Assembly (NCBI GenBank): GCA_013416795.1
Contig: RQSC01000858.1
Coordinates: 47,718 to 111,717 of the forward strand
Source: Prasinococcaceae sp. CCMP 1430
Lineage: Eukaryota > Plantae > Prasinodermophyta
Reading direction: 5' to 3'
DNA length: 64,000 bases
Shown here: piece after piece, positions 49,301-60,038 of the stretch
Layout: every line of letters begins with the position of its first letter
Position numbering within the stretch: position 1 is the first letter of the stretch
Translations under genes and position numbers: made by a program
Notes under the pieces: model-generated
What the model saw: only the letters and a program-made list of their open reading frames with translations
What the model was told of the DNA's origin: nothing
The model's database searches: none

Positions 49301-52300
49301 TCGCGGCCGCGCGCTTGGCGGAGCTGTCCGCCTTTGCGGCGTCTTTCACATCATGTAGAAGTACGGCGAGCGCGCGATGGCCATTGGAAGAAGAAGCTGC
49401 CTCGGTGACCACACAGCGCACGGCATCGCCCGGTGCGTGTGCCTTGGCGTAGTGCGTCTCGTTAGGGTGCGCGGGCGCCGCCCACGCGAGCGGTGCGCCC
49501 GCGCCTGGCAGGCGCAGCACTAGGTAGTGCGTGCGCGCAACCACGACGGTTGCCTCGAGCTCCTCGCCGATTGGAACGGATGCGACCTGCGCGCGTGCGG
49601 GCGCGTGAGATAGAGAGAGAGAGAGAGAGGGAGAGGGAGAGAGAGAGAGAGAGAGAGAGAGGTGCGGTGAGTTCCTCGCACTGCAGCGCGTTGCGCGTTG
49701 CGCGGCTGCGGCTGCCTGGCACATCCCTCTCCCACACGGCGCGCAAAAATATAACACTCTCATTGGCGCATCGCATGCACGCCGACCCACCCGCGCAAGC
49801 GCGCGGCGATACAAAGGTGGTGATGATGGGCGGGAAGGAGGGGGGTGGTGGGGGGGTGACTCTGGAGGCACTTGTGCCACTGCACGTCTTTTCCCCCCTC
49901 TCCATTTGTCTGGTTGGTGTTTGAATTGTTTGCTGTGGGTTGTCGTTGTGCGGACGCGGCCCTTGTGGGCTGGTCGCGCGTGCCCTGAGGGGTCCCTCGA
50001 GAGCATTGATGTCTGAATGGTTTGGGGTGTGTTTGTTCTCTTCGTCTGACCGACGGTCGATGGATGTTCGATTCTCGATTTGGCTGGGGGCACTCGGGGC
50101 GCAAGCACCGCACACGAACACTAAACTCTCTGCACCATATCCCCAGACCTCTCCCCCGCCCCTGACACACACACCCAGCGTGCGCATCCTTACCTTCTTG
50201 GATTTTTTGGTGGGCATGGCCGCCTTTGCACATGTGACATCCACGATGCCGTCAGCCACGTTGGCGTCGATGACGCGCACGTCCACGGTCTTGCCCTTAT
50301 CGGGCACGCCCTCGCCGCCTGTGGCATCCGCGCCGAGGAAGAACAGGACCTCCTTGGCCGCTGCGATCTTAACGACGACTCCGTAGTCGAGCTCGTCCAG
50401 AACCTCGCCGGAGAAGGCCTTGCCAAGTGGGAAGCGCGCGCAGTAGCGCTCCTCGAGGTTGCAGCACTCGCTCAGGGTGACCTTCGTGCCTCCCGCCGCC
50501 GCGCCGCGCGTGGCTTCCTCCTTCTCGCGCAGCGCGAGCGCCTGCGAGCGGCGCGCCCACGCCACACCGGACGCCAGCGCCGTGGCGGCGCGCGAGGGCG
50601 CCGCCTCAGCCACTGCCGCCCGCAGCAGGCTGCCAGAGAAGCGGTTGGTGTCGGCTTCGGCCTCGATCACGCGCACGAGCACACTCTGGTCGCGCGCGTA
50701 CGCCTCGGTGAGCTCCAAGCGCTCGCTCATGCGCACGTCCCCCTGGGCGAGCGCGCGCGAACTCTTCACGTAGCCGGTAGTGCGCTCGCCGCAGCGCACG
50801 AAGACGGCCGTGGGCGTCACAGACGCCACATACGCGTCCAGCACGGTGCCCTCCGACAGAGCAGCGAGCTCTTCGCCGCTGGCAGGGAGCTCGCCCCTGC
50901 GCGCTGCGCCGACGAGGCTTGCCTTGGCCGAGACGCGCAGCACGCCGCGCGCGGGATCGCTCGCGAGTACCACGCACGGGGCGCCAAGCGCGTCGCCGGC
51001 GCGCAGCAGCTCAAGTGCCGGCGCGCTGATCTCCTCCACGTCGCACGCATGCGCGCAAGACAGCGTCGCACGCGCCACGCTTGCGTCGCCATCGGTAGCG
51101 CCCTCGTGGCGCACGTCGAGAGCGATCGTTGCCGCCGCCGAGCGGCTGAGGGGTGCGCGCACCGTGGCATCCACGATGTCGCCCACCTCGAAGTCCTCGA
51201 GGCCGGATGCCGCCTCGCTGGCCGCGACCGCGCTCCTCTTGGTAGTGGACAGGCTGATGGACAGCTGGCGCTTATCGAAGTCCACGCCGGTCACCTCGGC
51301 GCGCACGGGCGCACCGCGCTCAAAGACCTCGGCGGGCTCCTGCGAAGGAAGCAAGCCGAGCTGCGAGCGGTGTGCCAATCCGCGCACGCCGCCGAAGAAC
51401 TCGACGAAGACGCCGAAGGGCTGCACGTTAGCCACCACGCCCGCGTAGCGCGTCCCCACCACCGCGCCCTCCAGCGAAACCAGCGCCTCCACCGCATCGC
51501 CCATCAGCGAGCGGCGCGCGGTGAGCACGAGCTTGTTGGTGGCGGCGTCCGACACGAGCACGCGCCACGACATCCTCTTGCCCTCGGGAAACTTGCGCGC
51601 GCGCGAGGCCGCGCCGGTCTCGTTCGGCGCGTCCGAGGTGTGGAGCAGTGGGCAGAAGCCCGTAATGGAGTCGGTGACTCGCACGACCACGCCTCGCTCC
51701 TGGACGGCCTCCACGGTGCCCTCGACTGCCATACCGGCAGCACAGTCGCGTACGGAGAGGAGCGCCTGCGAGACCACGCCCTCACGCAGCGAGAGCGACG
51801 CCAGGCCGTCAGCGGCACGTTGCGCGAGCACGCGCGCCTTGACGCGCTGACCCACGCTGAAGGCCTTCTCGAGCTTGTCGATGTGCTTATCCGAGCAGTT
51901 GGACACGTGCACGTACCCAGGCGCCCGCGCATCGGCGCCGTCCTCCCCCGCGCCGAGGTCGAGCAGCAAGCCCATTCCCGGATCCACGCGCGCCACGCGC
52001 GCCTCTGCAAAGAGCGCACCCGGCCGCGGCAGGTCGCCCAGCTCGACGCGTCCGGTGCCCCGTGCGCCCCACGAGACCAGCTCCTTGCGCAGCGTCAGCC
52101 CCACTGTCTTCTTCAGCGGGTCGATGAACCTGGAGCGAGCGCGGGCGGCGAGCGAGCGTTCGAAAGTGTGCGCAATTTCGGGGAGGCGCCGCGGCAAATG
52201 CGAGGCTGGGGTCAGCACGCGGCCAAGCTCGCGCCCCGCACGCAGCAGGCGACGGCACAGCCGCCGTGCGTGCATCAGAACAGATCTTGGAGTTGAGGTT

Positions 52301-53687
52301 TGTCCGCATGGGCCACTCTCGTGTCCAGCTCGGAATTAGCATGGAATGTTGTTCATCACGCACACGCACACGCGCGTCACACGCACACACGCGCGCGCAC
52401 ACGCACGCGCTCATGCGCGCGCTCGGGTTGGCGCGCGCGCCAGCGCGCCGGACGCACAACACCCTCGCCGTGACCGTGTCGCCCTTGCGGTGCTCGCCCT
52501 CGCCAATGTGGAACCTGTCGACCGTGCCGGAGAAGTACGTCATGAAGCCCACGTGCAGCCCGTCGGGCAGCACCGCCTTGACGGTGGCCTCAACCAAGTC
52601 TCCCGGCTGCAGCGCCTGTAGCGTCACACCGGCGTACTCCTCGGCAGCGCGCTCCGCCTCGTCTGCGCCGTGAGCCGCCGCGAGCGCCGCGAGCTCAACT
52701 ACGCGCGCGCCCTTCTTGGCGCCGCGCGCGACGGTCACGCGCAGCGGCGCGCCCACGCGGAGGCCGGCGGGGGCGGCCTTGCGCTTGAGGAAGCCCTGGA
52801 GCAGGCGGTCGCCGAGGTCAACACTGCGCGTGTGCGGGAGGGCGAGCGAGCGTGTGTCAGCGCTCGGCGGCGACGCAAGGCGCCCCGTCCGTACGCTCAC
52901 GCGCGCGTGCGCGTGTGTGCGCGTGCGCGTGGCATCTACCCGACCTCGAATTCCCGCGGCCCACGATGGGCGGAGGGATGTACGGAAGGGATCGCACGGC
53001 GCGCGCGAGCAGACGTACCTGAAGCCGTGGTCCTCCTCGCTGGCTACCACGCCCACAAGTGACGCGCCCTTGGGCGGCGCCGCGCGCGAGAGCGCACCCC
53101 CACCTCCGCCGGCGCCTCCGGTTGCCGCACCGTTGCAGAACGCCGGCAACAGGCCCAGCGCGACGCGCCTGCCGCCCTTGGCACCCTTCGACGCGTCCGC
53201 CGACTTGACAGCCGCGCATACGAGGTCGCCCGGCGCAAAGAGCTCCGTGAGCGGCGGCGCACCGGCGCCTGCGGCGTCGACGGCGGCAGCGAAGCCGCGG
53301 AGGCCGTGCGGCAGCGCCACCGTGACGTCCCTGTCGCCTCCCACCGCGACGACCACGCCGAGCAGCCGCGTGCCGTTGCCGAGGGTGCCGCCGCCGCCGC
53401 CATGCGCGCGCAGGTCTGCGGCGCGCAGCATGGCGGCGCGCGCCGGCGCCGCGGCCGACACGACGCCCTCGGCGAATGCGGCCGCCTCGGCGTCAATGGC
53501 GCGCATCTCCGCCTGCTCGGCGGTGAGCCCCTTGTCCCCCTTGCCTCCATCTCGCCTCGCACGCTTGGCCGCGCGAAGGCCTCGTACGTCGCGTACATTT
53601 TGCCCAGCTCCCACTCGTAGCCAAGCGCGCGCCCAGCCGCCGCGCCAGCCGCCGCCGCCGGCCGCCGCGGAAATCGCGGAATGTCAT
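46353..53687 (-). CDS. RRP5: rRNA biogenesis protein RRP5 (S1 repeats plus C-terminal HAT/TPR); introns 49587-50193, 52130-52457, ~52826-53018; start uncertain
   Basis: Many S1 repeats; DFERLLLASPGS..WVKYMA, AWLNLEN, EGVLKSYPKRTD, KFLFKRYLEYE; TGTAA on minus strand at ~46269. Confidence 0.93.
49612..49661. repeat. (GA)n tract; polypyrimidine on the RRP5 sense strand near the acceptor
   Basis: Directly visible. Confidence 0.9.
52270..52364 (-). ncRNA. Intronic box C/D snoRNA with two rRNA-antisense guides
   Basis: C box GTGATGA (52359-52353), D box CTGA (52278-52275), GTGC/GCAC terminal stem, guides ATTCCATGCTAAT and CCAAGATCTG. Confidence 0.85.
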
Positions 53688-53806
53688 GCAAACGCCGCGC
53701 GAATTTGTGGCGCTCCGCAGAAACATGGGGGGGGCTCAAGAGTCTCCCGTCGGAGAACATGACATCAAAACGAACATATGGCGCGCGTTTGAGAGAGAAA
53801 AAGAAT

Positions 53807-54459
53807 TTAGAGCCTCACCCAGCACCTGTTGCACTCGCCGGCGCAGGCACCCGAGCCGATCGCCGTGCAGTCGAGGTTGTAGCCCAGGCACTCGGGCTTG
53901 CGCTTGAGCGTCTTCACCAGGAACTTGCCCTTCGGAATGAAGTACGACTTGGCGAGCGTGTCCACGGCGACCTGCAGCTGGTCGTCAACGCTGCAGCCGA
54001 GCACCTCCGGAAACTTCTCGACGAACGCGGGCAGGTCGGCCTCCGTGAGGCCGCACCCGTCCAGCAGGAAGTCAATTGCCGCGTTGACGGTCCCCACATC
54101 GGGAGGCATGTCCACCCGCTCCTTGCGCCAGAACGCCTGGGACTGTTGTTTGTGCCGCGCGCAAAAGAGAGGAGGGGGGCGGCAGCAGTCAGTCAGCCGT
54201 GTGCCGCATGTTCAGCGCACTGAACCTGCCTGGCACGCTGATCCGTGGCGCGCAACGCGCGCGCCAGCCTGCGCACCTTCTTCCCCCAGCCGAACGACCT
54301 TGCGACCGCCTCCTCCGCGACGGCAACTTCCACTCCGCAGCGCTCCGCAGCGACCGCTGCGCACTCCCCCAGCGCGGTCGCATGCTCCTCGGCGACGGCG
54401 GCTGCCGCGGCCGCCCCCGATTTTGACCTCGTTTTCGCCTGCGTTTCGGCGACGTCCAT
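53807..54459 (-). CDS. Small mTERF-family protein (plant mTERF12-like); intron 54143-54276
   Basis: RSFGW..FW, KFPEVLGCS, LGYNLDC..C.G.C.RCWVR C-terminus. Confidence 0.82.
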
Positions 54460-54907
54460 ACCCTAAAACCCCAAAGTCAACCCAAACTCCAAGCCCCGAG
54501 TAGCTACACATCACATTGCACGTACAGCGCGCAATACCATCAAATGGTACAGCCCCGTCCGGCCAACCAATTTTGACCTCGCTTTCGCGTGCGTTTCGGA
54601 ATCGTTCATACCCTGAAAGTAAACCCTAAACAGGAACCAAAACCTAAACTCCTCGCCCCGCGGCGTGCGGCGCAGACGGTCCGGCCGGCCATTTTTTTTT
54701 GGCGACGGCATTTTTCTACAAAATTTGAAAATAAATAAAAACAAAAAGGTGGGCGGGAAGCGCGCGCTCGAAAGCGCGCTTTCGAGCGCATGCGTTTTGA
54801 CGTCAGGTATGAGATCGCCCGTGGGTGTGTGACAGGCGGAAACGAAGGCCGGATGGGGTGGGCGTTCGCGCGCGCGCGCGCCCGGCCCCGCCACAGCGCG
54901 CGCGCGC

Positions 54908-54923
54908 NNNNNNNNNNNNNNNN
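54908..54923. other. Assembly gap (N run)
   Basis: Directly visible. Confidence 0.99.
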
Positions 54924-55183
54924 CCTGCGCCGGGCGCTCGCCGCATCGCCATCGCGCGCGCCGTGGCGCGCGCGGCCCCGCGGCGGTCTGTCGCCCCCCT
55001 CGCGCGTGCACCGTCTGCCAGCCGGCCACGAACGGGCGCGCCCCCGCCCTCCTGTCACAAACACCCCCAGGCCACCCCACTCGAACCCCGTCCCCGCAGC
55101 TGCTGCTCCAATTCCCCGCGCCGGCAGTTATTTGCAGCACGTCTTCGCGCCAAACGCGGCGCACGGCGCGTTGGGGCAGGGCG

Positions 55184-57004
55184 ATGCCCCAGCGGCGCAG
55201 GGCTGCAAAGGGCGGCGCGGCCGCGGCCGACGCGCTGTTCGCGCGCGCCGCGGCACCGGCGCCGGACCTGGTGTGGATGCGCGCCATCGGATCGGGAGGC
55301 GAGGGCGGTGACGAGCGCGGGGGCGGCGCCGCTGGCTCGTCACACGCCGCCACCGCGCCGCTCCTCGAGCGCGCCGCGGCGCGACACGGCGCCGCGTACT
55401 TTGCGAGCGCTGAGGACGAGGCGATGGCAGAGCCTCAGGGCGAGCTCCTCTGGCGCGGTGCGCTCGTCCTGCGCGGCGCGGCTCGCTCGCTGGGGAGCGT
55501 CTCGGCGTATGGCGCCGGATGCGAAACCGCCGTCGCCGCGCGCTGGGGCCTGAGGACCGGCACCTCGCTGGAGGTGGTCGACGTCGCGCGCCTTGCGGAC
55601 GTGCCGCTGGGCGCGCGGGCGTCTGCCGAGGCGCGCTGGGAGCTGCGAGCGGACGAGCGCGCGCTCGGGGCTCGCTCGCTGCTCGGCGCCCTCGGCGCGC
55701 AGCGGCAGCCGTGCGCCCTGGTTTGTGCAATGTCGGCGCCCGCGCGACCCGCTGAGCTCTTCGTGCTGCGGCACGACGGCGACGCCAGCCGGCCGCGCAG
55801 CGTGCTGGAGCCGCTCGACCACGGCTCCGACCTACATTGGGGCGCCACGGGTCGGCTCGTGGCCGCACAGCGCGCGCTCGCGCTGGGCACACCCGTGCGC
55901 TCGTGCGTGCTCGCTGGCGTGCGCCGGTGCGATGCGACCGACGTGCGCGATGGCTGGGGCGACCTGACGCGGCGCATCGCGGCAGCCGCAGGCCGTCGGG
56001 ACGGCGGCTCGGGCGGGTTTGGGGAGAGCGCGCGCGAGGAGGACGCCCATGCGTGGGAATTCGACGCCGCGCCGCGCGCCGCTGGTGGGGGCGGCGAGGA
56101 GTCCCCGACCCCTCCGTCGAGCCCGGCTCGAGCGCCAGGCGCGCGCGCCGCCGCCATGCTGGAGCGCGACTTGGCCTGCCTGCCCGAGGTCGCGGAGTGG
56201 AGTGGCGCCCCGGTGCCCGCCTTCGATGGCAACGGCAATGCCGGTGCCCATGCCGACGCCGGGGTGGACGCACCCGCCTTTGACCTTGAGGTCGACGTCG
56301 ACGTCGACGGCTACGCAAATGACGACGCTAAGCGCGCGCGCGAGCTCGTGGCAGGCGCTGCCGTCGCCACTGCCGTCGCCACAGCCGCTCAGCCGTCACT
56401 GAACGGAGGAGGGGGGGCGTCTCCAGCCAACGAAGACTGTGCGCCCGATCAAACGCTGGAGCGGCAAAGGCGCACGTCATCACGTGTTCCACCGTCCGCT
56501 GCGGCCGCGCCACCAGCGCAAAAGGAGGAAGGCACGGGTCCGCGAGGCGATGATGGCGGCCCGAAGAAGAGAAGGCGCGAGTGCACGCTCGCCGAGGGCA
56601 TTCGTCGTCTGTTTGGCCCGCGCGGGGAGCCCACCCCAGAGGCGACGGCTCGCCTCAAGCCGCATCGCGCGTTTGCCAACCTCAGGAACAAACGCGCGCG
56701 CGCGCCCGTGCCGAGCGCGCTGAGCGAGGGTTGCAGCGGGCCCCGCTGGCGCGCGCTGGCCGCCCGCGGTATGGCGGCGCGCATCGACGACGCCGATGTG
56801 CCATGCATCGACCCGTGCACCGACGGCGCCGCCGAGGTGGCCGCCGAGCGAATGGCCATCGCCCTGTGCAAGCAGGAGCACAGGGCGTCGCGCGTCAAGG
56901 TGTGCGCGGCGGTCTCTGCGGGCGCCGATGAGCTCAAGCGCGCCATCCGGCAGCTCCGTGGTGAGGTCGAGCCGCCCGAGCGGCGCCCGCGCGCCGCTGC
57001 GTGA
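55184..57004 (+). CDS. Hypothetical protein with NLS-like PKKRRR
   Basis: 606-aa ORF filling the space between a promoter island and a convergent gene; no recognised domain. Confidence 0.6.
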   Translation: MPQRRRAAKGGAAAADALFARAAAPAPDLVWMRAIGSGGEGGDERGGGAAGSSHAATAPLLERAAARHGAAYFASAEDEAMAEPQGELLWRGALVLRGAARSLGSVSAYGAGCETAVAARWGLRTGTSLEVVDVARLADVPLGARASAEARWELRADERALGARSLLGALGAQRQPCALVCAMSAPARPAELFVLRHDGDASRPRSVLEPLDHGSDLHWGATGRLVAAQRALALGTPVRSCVLAGVRRCDATDVRDGWGDLTRRIAAAAGRRDGGSGGFGESAREEDAHAWEFDAAPRAAGGGGEESPTPPSSPARAPGARAAAMLERDLACLPEVAEWSGAPVPAFDGNGNAGAHADAGVDAPAFDLEVDVDVDGYANDDAKRARELVAGAAVATAVATAAQPSLNGGGGASPANEDCAPDQTLERQRRTSSRVPPSAAAAPPAQKEEGTGPRGDDGGPKKRRRECTLAEGIRRLFGPRGEPTPEATARLKPHRAFANLRNKRARAPVPSALSEGCSGPRWRALAARGMAARIDDADVPCIDPCTDGAAEVAAERMAIALCKQEHRASRVKVCAAVSAGADELKRAIRQLRGEVEPPERRPRAAA

Positions 57005-57163
57005 TTGGGCGCGAGTAATATGGCCACAAAACAGCGCCCCCCCCCGCCCTCCGCGCCGACGCAAGCGCTACGCGCCGTCGCAGGGCCCTGTCCGGTCGAA
57101 TTTCGTTTGTTACACATGGAGAGGCGACGGATGCTCTCGTCGTCTTCTTCCGATGGCCACCAC

Positions 57164-59899
57164 TCAGTCCTCGTTTAGCTTTCCGGCGATGGGCGCCTCC
57201 TCGCCCGCCTTCTTCGCCGCCTTGTTGAGCACCTTGCCAACGGAGCGCGAGATGTACTTGAGCTCGTGCTTGCCCTGGCGCAGCGTGCCCATGACGCCCG
57301 GCTGTGCGGACTGCTCCTCGGGGGTCTTGGCCATGAGCGGCGCACCCTCCCTGTACACCATGAGCTCCACGTCGCCGTCATCATCGCCGTCGATGATGCG
57401 GAAGGCTTGCTCGCTGAGCGCCTCACCGCGATAGCCGCCGCCTGAGCCGCCGGGCCCATCCACAGGGCCCGCGCTGGCGAATGCCGCGTCGCGCGTCCTC
57501 ATCAGCCGCCGCGCGCGACTGGTTTGAATGCACGCCGCGCAGCCCGCCAGGCTCTGCAGTACGCTCATGGCCACCAGGATGAAGCACGCGGCACCCAGCT
57601 TGTTGAGGTTGTCCTCGGTGATGGCAACCACGTTCTCCATCGACATGGCGCCGTACCGCTCCCGCACGTCATCCCAGCTCTTGCGCACGTACGACGCCGC
57701 CTGATCGCCTCGCGCAAAGCACACGATGCCAATGAAGAAGAGGATCACCGTGAAGAGAGTTACCAGCGCCGTGTGCACCACCAACAGGCCCATGGAATGG
57801 CGTCGCACGCCAAGCAGCCCCAGTGCGCTCGTGGTGGTCACAGCCACCGAGAAGAAAGCCGCGGCGACCACCACGCCCTCGTTGCCGCCGAGGCCTCCGG
57901 CGGCAGTGCCCACAGCCAGCAGGAAGAGGCCGGCGCCCCACACGAAGCCCGCGTAGCACGACGTTGTGAGCGTCTTTGTGACAGTCATCACGTGGCCCAT
58001 GATTGAGCGCGCGGCCAGCAGGCTTGCCACGCTCGACAGCGCGGCGAAGATGCACAGGACGCCGCCAGCGGTCACGCGCTGGTGGATGGTCGCGATCATC
58101 TTCGCGGCCTGCTTGTGCTGCGCGGCAGTGTCGGCACTGGCATCTACCGAGCTGAGTTGGTAGTAGTAGCCGTAGACGGCCTCCTCGGCCGAGTCGCGGT
58201 ACAGCAGGCACAGCGTTGCCCCCCACATGAAGACGGCCGCGCCAACGTACTGCATCGTGAAATACGCGAAGAGCAGGTTGGAACCCACGCTCACCTTTGC
58301 GCAGCATACGCCTATCAGGCCGGTGCCGCTCGTGATCACGACCGCCACGCCCACGATCATCATGAAAGAGTATGGATCGTTGAAGAGCGACACGCCCCAA
58401 GGTTCGGCGTTGACGTCGTAGTTCGGGTACGACAGCGCGTGCGTGCCCAAGCGCGATCCGACGGGGTGCACGTCGCTGTTGGCGCACTTGCACATGGGAT
58501 ACACGCCCGCACGCAGCGCGTCGCACGCCGCGGCACACACCGTGTCCGCGCCCACGCGCTCGAGGTAGTCCGGGTGCTCCTTGAGCGGTGGCGACGCAGC
58601 CACTGCCGCCGCGCACGCCTCGCCTGCCGGGAAGCTCGAGATCCAACCTTTGAGATTTCCCGCCGCGCCATCGCCCCCGTCGCTGGCGTCAGCGAGCAGC
58701 GCGCGCGCGGCGGCGCCCACCTCGCCGCCTCCGCGCGATGCAAAGCTCGCCGCGCCGTCGATGGCCCAACGCGCGACAGGCGCGACCTCCGCACGGGCGG
58801 GGCGCGAGCGCACGGTGAGGGAAAGCGCGCGGCGCGTGGGCTTGATCCCCGCTTCCGCGTCGCCCTCGCCTTCCTCCGCTCCGGGCTCGCACAGGCCGCA
58901 GGTGAGCGGGCACACCTGCAGCGCGTTGTCGTCGCTGCAGTACTTGTGGTTGGAGTTGCCGCCGGCCACCTTGGCGTAGCTCGAGCAGTTGCCAAAGGCC
59001 GAGCGGAACTGTGCGTCGTCCTTGCACGTGACCTGTGCGCCAGCCGGGCCGTAGCCCGGCTCGCACAGCCCACACGCCACAGGGCACCACTCGGTCGCGC
59101 CGTCGGCATCACACTTGCCGTCGCGACTGCCGCCGCTCGCGTACTCCTCGCACATGTGCCCGTCGTCGTGACGCCAGTTGTCGTTGTCGCGGCAGCACAC
59201 GCCGCACGCCACCGGGCAGTGCTGCGAGGCGCCGTGCGCCGCGCAGTTGTCCTCGTTCGCCCCGCCCAGGCGGTAGCTCGTGCAGCCGCCGTGACCCCCG
59301 TCCCACGTGGGATCGTCCTTGCAGCACATCCCACACGCCACGGGGCAGTGCTCTTCGACGCCGTCGAAGTGGCAGTAGCCGAAGTTGGCCCCGCCAGGCA
59401 GGTAGGTTGAGCAGTTGCCCTGCGCGCTCTCATAGGTCGGGTCGTCGGCGCAGCAACGGCCGCACGCCACCGGGCACTTGTCCCACGCGCCGTCCTCCAC
59501 GCACGACCCGCTCAGCGTGTGCGCGATCAACGGGTAGTAATCGCTGCATCGGGCGTTGAAGGTGGATACGAAGGTGGGGTCGTCGCTGCACAGCGCGCCG
59601 TCGGCGCGCTCGGACAGGGGACCCGCAGCGGGCGTGCCCACGGGCGGCGGTGGGCTGGGCGGCGGGCTGGGCGGCGGCGGCGGCGGCGGCGGGCTCGGCG
59701 GCGGGCTCGGCGGTGCCGGAGGCGGTGCGCCCTCGCCATCCGGACCGCCCTTCAGGTACGAGCCCGCGGGCGCCCCCAGGTACACCGTGTAGCACAGCCG
59801 CTCCGACCAGTCCTCCACACTCTCGCCGTCCACTTGGTGGCGCAGGAGGCTGCTCGACCACACGAACTGCGTCAGGTTCGCGAGGCACGCGAAGTTCAC
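57164..59899 (-). CDS. Membrane protein: SP-rich stalk, five ShKT-like Cys repeats, ~8 TM C-terminal region; 5' part displaced
   Basis: Five C.D..C..Y..C..CP..CG.C units; long hydrophobic helices; TGTAA on minus strand at ~57110. Confidence 0.8.
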   Translation of the reverse strand: MNFACLANLTQFVWSSSLLRHQVDGESVEDWSERLCYTVYLGAPAGSYLKGGPDGEGAPPPAPPSPPPSPPPPPPPPSPPPSPPPPVGTPAAGPLSERADGALCSDDPTFVSTFNARCSDYYPLIAHTLSGSCVEDGAWDKCPVACGRCCADDPTYESAQGNCSTYLPGGANFGYCHFDGVEEHCPVACGMCCKDDPTWDGGHGGCTSYRLGGANEDNCAAHGASQHCPVACGVCCRDNDNWRHDDGHMCEEYASGGSRDGKCDADGATEWCPVACGLCEPGYGPAGAQVTCKDDAQFRSAFGNCSSYAKVAGGNSNHKYCSDDNALQVCPLTCGLCEPGAEEGEGDAEAGIKPTRRALSLTVRSRPARAEVAPVARWAIDGAASFASRGGGEVGAAARALLADASDGGDGAAGNLKGWISSFPAGEACAAAVAASPPLKEHPDYLERVGADTVCAAACDALRAGVYPMCKCANSDVHPVGSRLGTHALSYPNYDVNAEPWGVSLFNDPYSFMMIVGVAVVITSGTGLIGVCCAKVSVGSNLLFAYFTMQYVGAAVFMWGATLCLLYRDSAEEAVYGYYYQLSSVDASADTAAQHKQAAKMIATIHQRVTAGGVLCIFAALSSVASLLAARSIMGHVMTVTKTLTTSCYAGFVWGAGLFLLAVGTAAGGLGGNEGVVVAAAFFSVAVTTTSALGLLGVRRHSMGLLVVHTALVTLFTVILFFIGIVCFARGDQAASYVRKSWDDVRERYGAMSMENVVAITEDNLNKLGAACFILVAMSVLQSLAGCAACIQTSRARRLMRTRDAAFASAGPVDGPGGSGGGYRGEALSEQAFRIIDGDDDGDVELMVYREGAPLMAKTPEEQSAQPGVMGTLRQGKHELKYISRSVGKVLNKAAKKAGEEAPIAGKLNED

Positions 59900-60038
59900 C
59901 AGCCTTTGCGCATGGGGCGCGGGACGCGGGAGACGCGTGCGAGCGCGGTCGCAGGCGGGCGCGCGTGCGCGCGTGCGTGTGTGAGGGATGGGCGGGCGGC
60001 GAGTCGGTCAGCGAGCGTGCGCGTGGGCGACCGCGGTG
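59659..60038. repeat. 380-bp direct repeat, copy 1
   Basis: Matches 63338-63717 by eye (offset 3679); ends at single N 60039. Confidence 0.92.
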
